Part shown: one piece after another, positions 60,494 through 64,000 of the stretch
Position numbering within the stretch: the stretch's first letter is position 1
How the letters are laid out: every line of letters starts with the position of its first letter
Program-made: the position numbers and the translations under genes
Notes under the pieces: generated by a model
The model's input: only the letters and a program-made list of their open reading frames with translations
Databases searched by the model: none
Told to the model about the DNA's origin: nothing
Assembly: GCA_022709525.1 (NCBI GenBank)
Contig: JAKLIQ010000003.1
Location: forward strand, 129,771 to 193,770
From: Candidatus Omnitrophota bacterium
GTDB taxonomy: Bacteria; Omnitrophota; Omnitrophia; Omnitrophales; Aquincolibacteriaceae
Reading direction: 5' to 3'
Length of the DNA stretch: 64,000 nt

Positions 60494-62299
60494 ATGGTCC
60501 TTCTTCAAGTCAATGAACTCCGGAAAGCTTACGGGGCGGCCACGATCCTCGACGACGCGACCGCGGCCTTCGGGGACGATCAAAAAATAGGCGTGATCGG
60601 CCGTAACGGCGCCGGAAAATCCACGCTTTGCCGGATCATCACGGGTCACGAACAGGCGGATGGCGGTACGATCACGCGCAACACGGCCTTGCGTCTTTCC
60701 TATCTGGAACAGCACGATACATTCAAGCCGGGAGAAAAAGTCCTGGATTTCCTGATGCGCACCACCGGGAGCGAGCATTGGGAATGCGGCCAGATGGCCG
60801 CCCGGTTTCAGCTGAAAAATGAACTTCTTGAAGAGGCCGTCCAGAACCTGCCCGGAGGGTTTCAAACGCGCGTGAAGCTCGCGGCCATGTTGCTGGGGGA
60901 CCCGAACTTCCTGATCCTGGACGAACCGAGCAACTATCTCGACCTGAGCACGCTGATCCTTTTGGAGAATTTCCTTCTTAATTTCAAGGGAGGCTATCTC
61001 GTGGTCTCGCACGACCGTGAATTCCTGAAGCGGACCTGTGATCACACGCTGGAAGTCGAGAACGGACAGTTGACGCTTTATCCGGGGGATATTGAGGAGT
61101 ATTTCGAGTTTAAGGAAGAACAACTCGCTCAGAAAGAGGCCTATAACCGGGGGCTCGACAAAAAACGCGAACAGCTCCAGGCTTTTATCGACCGGTTCCG
61201 CGCTAAGGCATCCACGGCGACGCGCGCCCAGTCCAAAATGAAACAGCTCGCGAGGCTCAAGACGATCGAGATCGCGCACCCTATGAGCACGGTCAAGATC
61301 CACATCCCGCGCGTGGAACGCAAGGCCGGGGTGGCGCTCGATTGTGAAGACCTCACGATCGGCTATCCGGAAAAAGATGTCGCGCGCCACATCCGGGTCG
61401 AGATCGACCGCGGCAAGCATGTCGCTATCCTTGGCAATAACGGCGAAGGTAAAACGACTTTCTTAAGAACGCTCGCCGGGGGTCTGGCGCCTAAGGCCGG
61501 CGGGTTCCGGTGGGGATCGGGACTCAAGATCGCTTATTACGCCCAGCACGTTTTTTCGGTCCTGGACCCGGAAGACGACATTTATGCTTACCTTTCGCGC
61601 GAAAGCGCGCCCGGTGTTACAAGCCAGGACGTCCTGACCATGGCCGGATGTTTTCTTTTTAAGGGGGACGATGTTGAAAAAAAAGTGAAGGTCTTAAGCG
61701 GCGGCGAACGGGCGCGGTTGGTCCTGGCGGGGCTGCTTCTTTCCAAAAGTCATGTCCTGCTCTTAGACGAACCGACGAACCATCTGGATTTCGAGACCGT
61801 GGAAGCGCTGGGCCGCGCGCTTAAATCGTTCGCCGGCACGGTCCTTTTTATCAGCCACGACAGGACTTTCGTGAACCTGCTGGCCTCCAGCATCTTGGAG
61901 GTCAAAAAAGGCCGCATCCTTCATTATCCGGGGAGTTACGAAGATTACGTTTATCATCTCGAACAGGTGGCCCGCGGCGAAGAGGAAGATCCGCAGGAGG
62001 ACTTCTCTCCCGCGCCCGAAAAAAAATCGGCCCCAGCGGAAAGCATCCAGGCCCCGCCGCCCAAGAAGAACGAACAAAAAGTCGAACTTAAAAAACTCCA
62101 AAAAAGCATCGAAAAAGCCGAAGGGCGTGCGAAACATTTTACCGAGGAGCGGGATAAGATCCTCGCCGAGATGGCGAAGAACCCGCTGCATTATTCCAAG
62201 GACCGTAATGCGCGACTGAAGGAATGTCAGATCAAGATCGAAGAAGCCGAGGCGGAATGGAACCTCCTCGCGAAAAAAATGGAGAAACTTCAAAAATGA
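60494..62299 (+). CDS. ABC-F family ATPase (two ABC domains + C-terminal coiled coil)
   Basis: Two Walker A (GRNGAGKST, GNNGEGKTT), two signature motifs, no TMD. Confidence 0.8.
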   Translation: MVLLQVNELRKAYGAATILDDATAAFGDDQKIGVIGRNGAGKSTLCRIITGHEQADGGTITRNTALRLSYLEQHDTFKPGEKVLDFLMRTTGSEHWECGQMAARFQLKNELLEEAVQNLPGGFQTRVKLAAMLLGDPNFLILDEPSNYLDLSTLILLENFLLNFKGGYLVVSHDREFLKRTCDHTLEVENGQLTLYPGDIEEYFEFKEEQLAQKEAYNRGLDKKREQLQAFIDRFRAKASTATRAQSKMKQLARLKTIEIAHPMSTVKIHIPRVERKAGVALDCEDLTIGYPEKDVARHIRVEIDRGKHVAILGNNGEGKTTFLRTLAGGLAPKAGGFRWGSGLKIAYYAQHVFSVLDPEDDIYAYLSRESAPGVTSQDVLTMAGCFLFKGDDVEKKVKVLSGGERARLVLAGLLLSKSHVLLLDEPTNHLDFETVEALGRALKSFAGTVLFISHDRTFVNLLASSILEVKKGRILHYPGSYEDYVYHLEQVARGEEEDPQEDFSPAPEKKSAPAESIQAPPPKKNEQKVELKKLQKSIEKAEGRAKHFTEERDKILAEMAKNPLHYSKDRNARLKECQIKIEEAEAEWNLLAKKMEKLQK

Positions 62300-63309
62300 G
62301 AAGATCCGATCACGGATACCGGCCCGGCCAAGGCCAGCGCCCGCGACATCATCATGGCCCGCACCGCCCGCAGCAGCGTCCCGCAAACGGCTACGCTCCC
62401 TACTATGCTAACGGCCAGCGCCCGCAGGAAGACGAGGTCTTAAGGAAATTCAAGGAAAGTATCGCGATCGATCCCTCGCCGCGCATCCGGCTTGAAGATG
62501 GCTCAAAGGAAATGACGATGCGCGTGATGGACCTGATCTGTCCGATCGGCATGGGCCAGCGCGGCCTCATTGTCGCGCCTCCGGGCTCCGGAAAAACGAC
62601 CTTCTTAAAACATATTTGCCACGCCGTCGCCAAAAGCCGCCCCGAAATGAAAGTTTATTGCCTTCTTATCGACGAAAGGCCTGAGGAAGTCACCGATTTC
62701 AGGCGGAGCGTCACGGCCGAAGTCCGCTGGTCCTCTTCGGATGAATCCTATGAGCATCACATTGAAACGGCGAACACGCTCATGAAACAAGTCTATCGCG
62801 AGGCGCTGGCGGGGGAGAACGTCATGGTGCTCGTCGATTCTCTTACGCGGCTTGCGCGCGTGCATAACGCCGAACGGATCTCAAGCGGGCGGACGCTTTC
62901 AGGGGGCGTGGACGCGCGGGCGCTGGAGGTGCCGCGGCGGATTTTTGGGTCCGCGCGTAAGATCGAGAACGGCGGTTCGCTTACGATCCTCGCCACGATC
63001 TTAGTCGACACCGGAAGCCGCATGGACCAGATCATTTTCGAGGAATTCAAAGGCACGGGCAATATGGAGATCTATCTTTCCCGCGAGATCTCGAACCAGC
63101 GCATTTATCCCGCGGTCGATATCTCCAAAAGCGGCACCCGCAAGGAAGAACGCCTCTTCGAACCCGACGAACTTGAACCGGCGCGCCGGATGCGCCGCGC
63201 GCTCGCGGGCTTAAAACCGATCGAAGCGATCACGGCGCTTATCACCCAGCTCCAGAAATATCCGGAGAACAAGGCGCTTCTTACCGCTGTGAGCAGGCTG
63301 CAGGAATGA
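62296..63309 (+). CDS. rho: Transcription termination factor Rho, short form (337 aa) lacking recognisable N-terminal OB-fold RNA-binding domain
   Basis: RVMDLICPIGMGQRGLIVAPPGSGKTT…LIDERPEEVTD…VDSLTRLARVHN…GTGNMEIYLSREI…YPAVDISKSGTRKEE match Rho ATPase domain almost colinearly; N-terminal 45 aa are R/H/Q/P-rich low complexity. Confidence 0.75.
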   Translation: MRRSDHGYRPGQGQRPRHHHGPHRPQQRPANGYAPYYANGQRPQEDEVLRKFKESIAIDPSPRIRLEDGSKEMTMRVMDLICPIGMGQRGLIVAPPGSGKTTFLKHICHAVAKSRPEMKVYCLLIDERPEEVTDFRRSVTAEVRWSSSDESYEHHIETANTLMKQVYREALAGENVMVLVDSLTRLARVHNAERISSGRTLSGGVDARALEVPRRIFGSARKIENGGSLTILATILVDTGSRMDQIIFEEFKGTGNMEIYLSREISNQRIYPAVDISKSGTRKEERLFEPDELEPARRMRRALAGLKPIEAITALITQLQKYPENKALLTAVSRLQE

Positions 63310-63548
63310 ACGGCCAAAAGAACATCAACGATCTCGGCACGCAGCCGCTGGATGCCTTGATGACAAAGCTCGGGATCACGAACCACGCGCTTGTCGCGGC
63401 CTCGACCGAGCAGCTTTCGCATAAAGTCGTCCAAAAAGGGCGAAAGGGAAGGCGGCTGACGCCCAAGGCCAAGACCAAGATCCTGGACGCGCTCCACGCG
63501 CTGCTTCCGGAGCAGAAATTCGCGCACCGGGACCTTTTTAATTATTAG
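63306..63548 (+). CDS. Small hypothetical protein (80 aa)
   Basis: ATG overlaps rho stop (ATGA); no recognisable motif. Confidence 0.35.
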   Translation: MNGQKNINDLGTQPLDALMTKLGITNHALVAASTEQLSHKVVQKGRKGRRLTPKAKTKILDALHALLPEQKFAHRDLFNY

Positions 63549-63556
63549 GCGTACGA

Positions 63557-64000
63557 TGCCACAGATCTCTTTTGAAAATATCCAAAAATTTTTTACCGGC
63601 CCCTCTCAGGAACTTTTGATCCTCACGCTTGCCGGCTGGGCCTCCGGGATCAGCCTTTACCTGACCGCGGGCCTCTTGGGCCTCTGCGGCCATTTCGGAT
63701 GGATCCATCTTCCCGGGGAGCTCGGGATCTTCGCGAATCCCGTCATTTTTTCTTTGGCGTTCATTATTTTCTCGATCGAATTCATTGCCGATAAAGTGCC
63801 CTATGTCGATTCGGTCTGGGATTCGGTCCATACATTCATCCGCCCGGCCGGCGCTATCGCGATCGGTTTTCTGGCCGGTTCCGAACACGGGCCCGTGATC
63901 CAGACCGCGTACGCGATGTTCGCCGGAACTTTGACCTTGAATACCCATACGGCCAAAGCCGCCGAACGCCTTGCCATCAACACCTCTCCGGAACCGTTCT
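63557..64000 (+). CDS. DUF4126-like membrane protein (partial, continues beyond window)
   Basis: Multiple TM helices; motif FIADKVPYVDSVWD typical of DUF4126 (from memory). Confidence 0.5.

Overview
Every supportable gene in this 64-kb window lies on the + strand. The window is gene-dense chromosomal DNA from a Gram-negative, LPS-producing bacterium, high-GC by eye (roughly mid/high-50s %) and visibly GATC-rich; I cannot assign the taxon. Gene order: aspartate aminotransferase; a short Mfd; surA-pdxA-ksgA; polyprenyl synthase; rsmI; purN; eno; ftsB; a secreted hydrolase-like protein; ilvB-ilvN-ilvC-leuA; aroE-pilD-aroC-aroK-aroB; dprA; three unknown genes; topA-xerC/D; a large LPS block (waaA, lpxK, LpxL-ELM1 fusion, GT4-GT9 fusion, four further GT9 heptosyltransferases); Fe-S protein; DUF3108-like; UPF0371; FmdB; heptose kinase; kdsB-pyrG-kdsA-kdsD-lpxL2-lptC/A-lptB-hpf-ptsN-yvcK-hpr-ptsI; a PGI/PMI SIS protein; nucleotidyltransferase; metK-ahcY; Fe-ADH; ABC-F; rho; DUF4126. 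There are no rRNA, tRNA or CRISPR arrays. Main hunt results: (1) A small repeat family with perfect 13-14 bp terminal inverted repeats (ACCCCGTTAGAGAY ... RTCTCTAACGGGGT) occurs at least five times, always between a stop codon and the next start. One copy (8158-8438) carries an AT-rich YhbQ/UPF0213-type GIY-YIG gene, sits 15 codons into purN, and is followed by a diverged replacement copy of the purN 5' end. This looks like an autonomous element with MITE-like derivatives. (2) Both Mfd and Rho are N-terminally minimised: Mfd lacks the UvrB-homology module and D7, and Rho has a low-complexity segment instead of the OB-fold RNA-binding domain. (3) The LPS locus has unusual fusions (LpxL+ELM1/DUF1022 and GT4+GT9) and five tandem GT9 domains. 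(4) The conserved dprA-topA pair is interrupted by three unknown genes. (5) Several regulatory palindromes and hairpins are noted. All calls are from reading the sequence and ORF translations; no searches were run.
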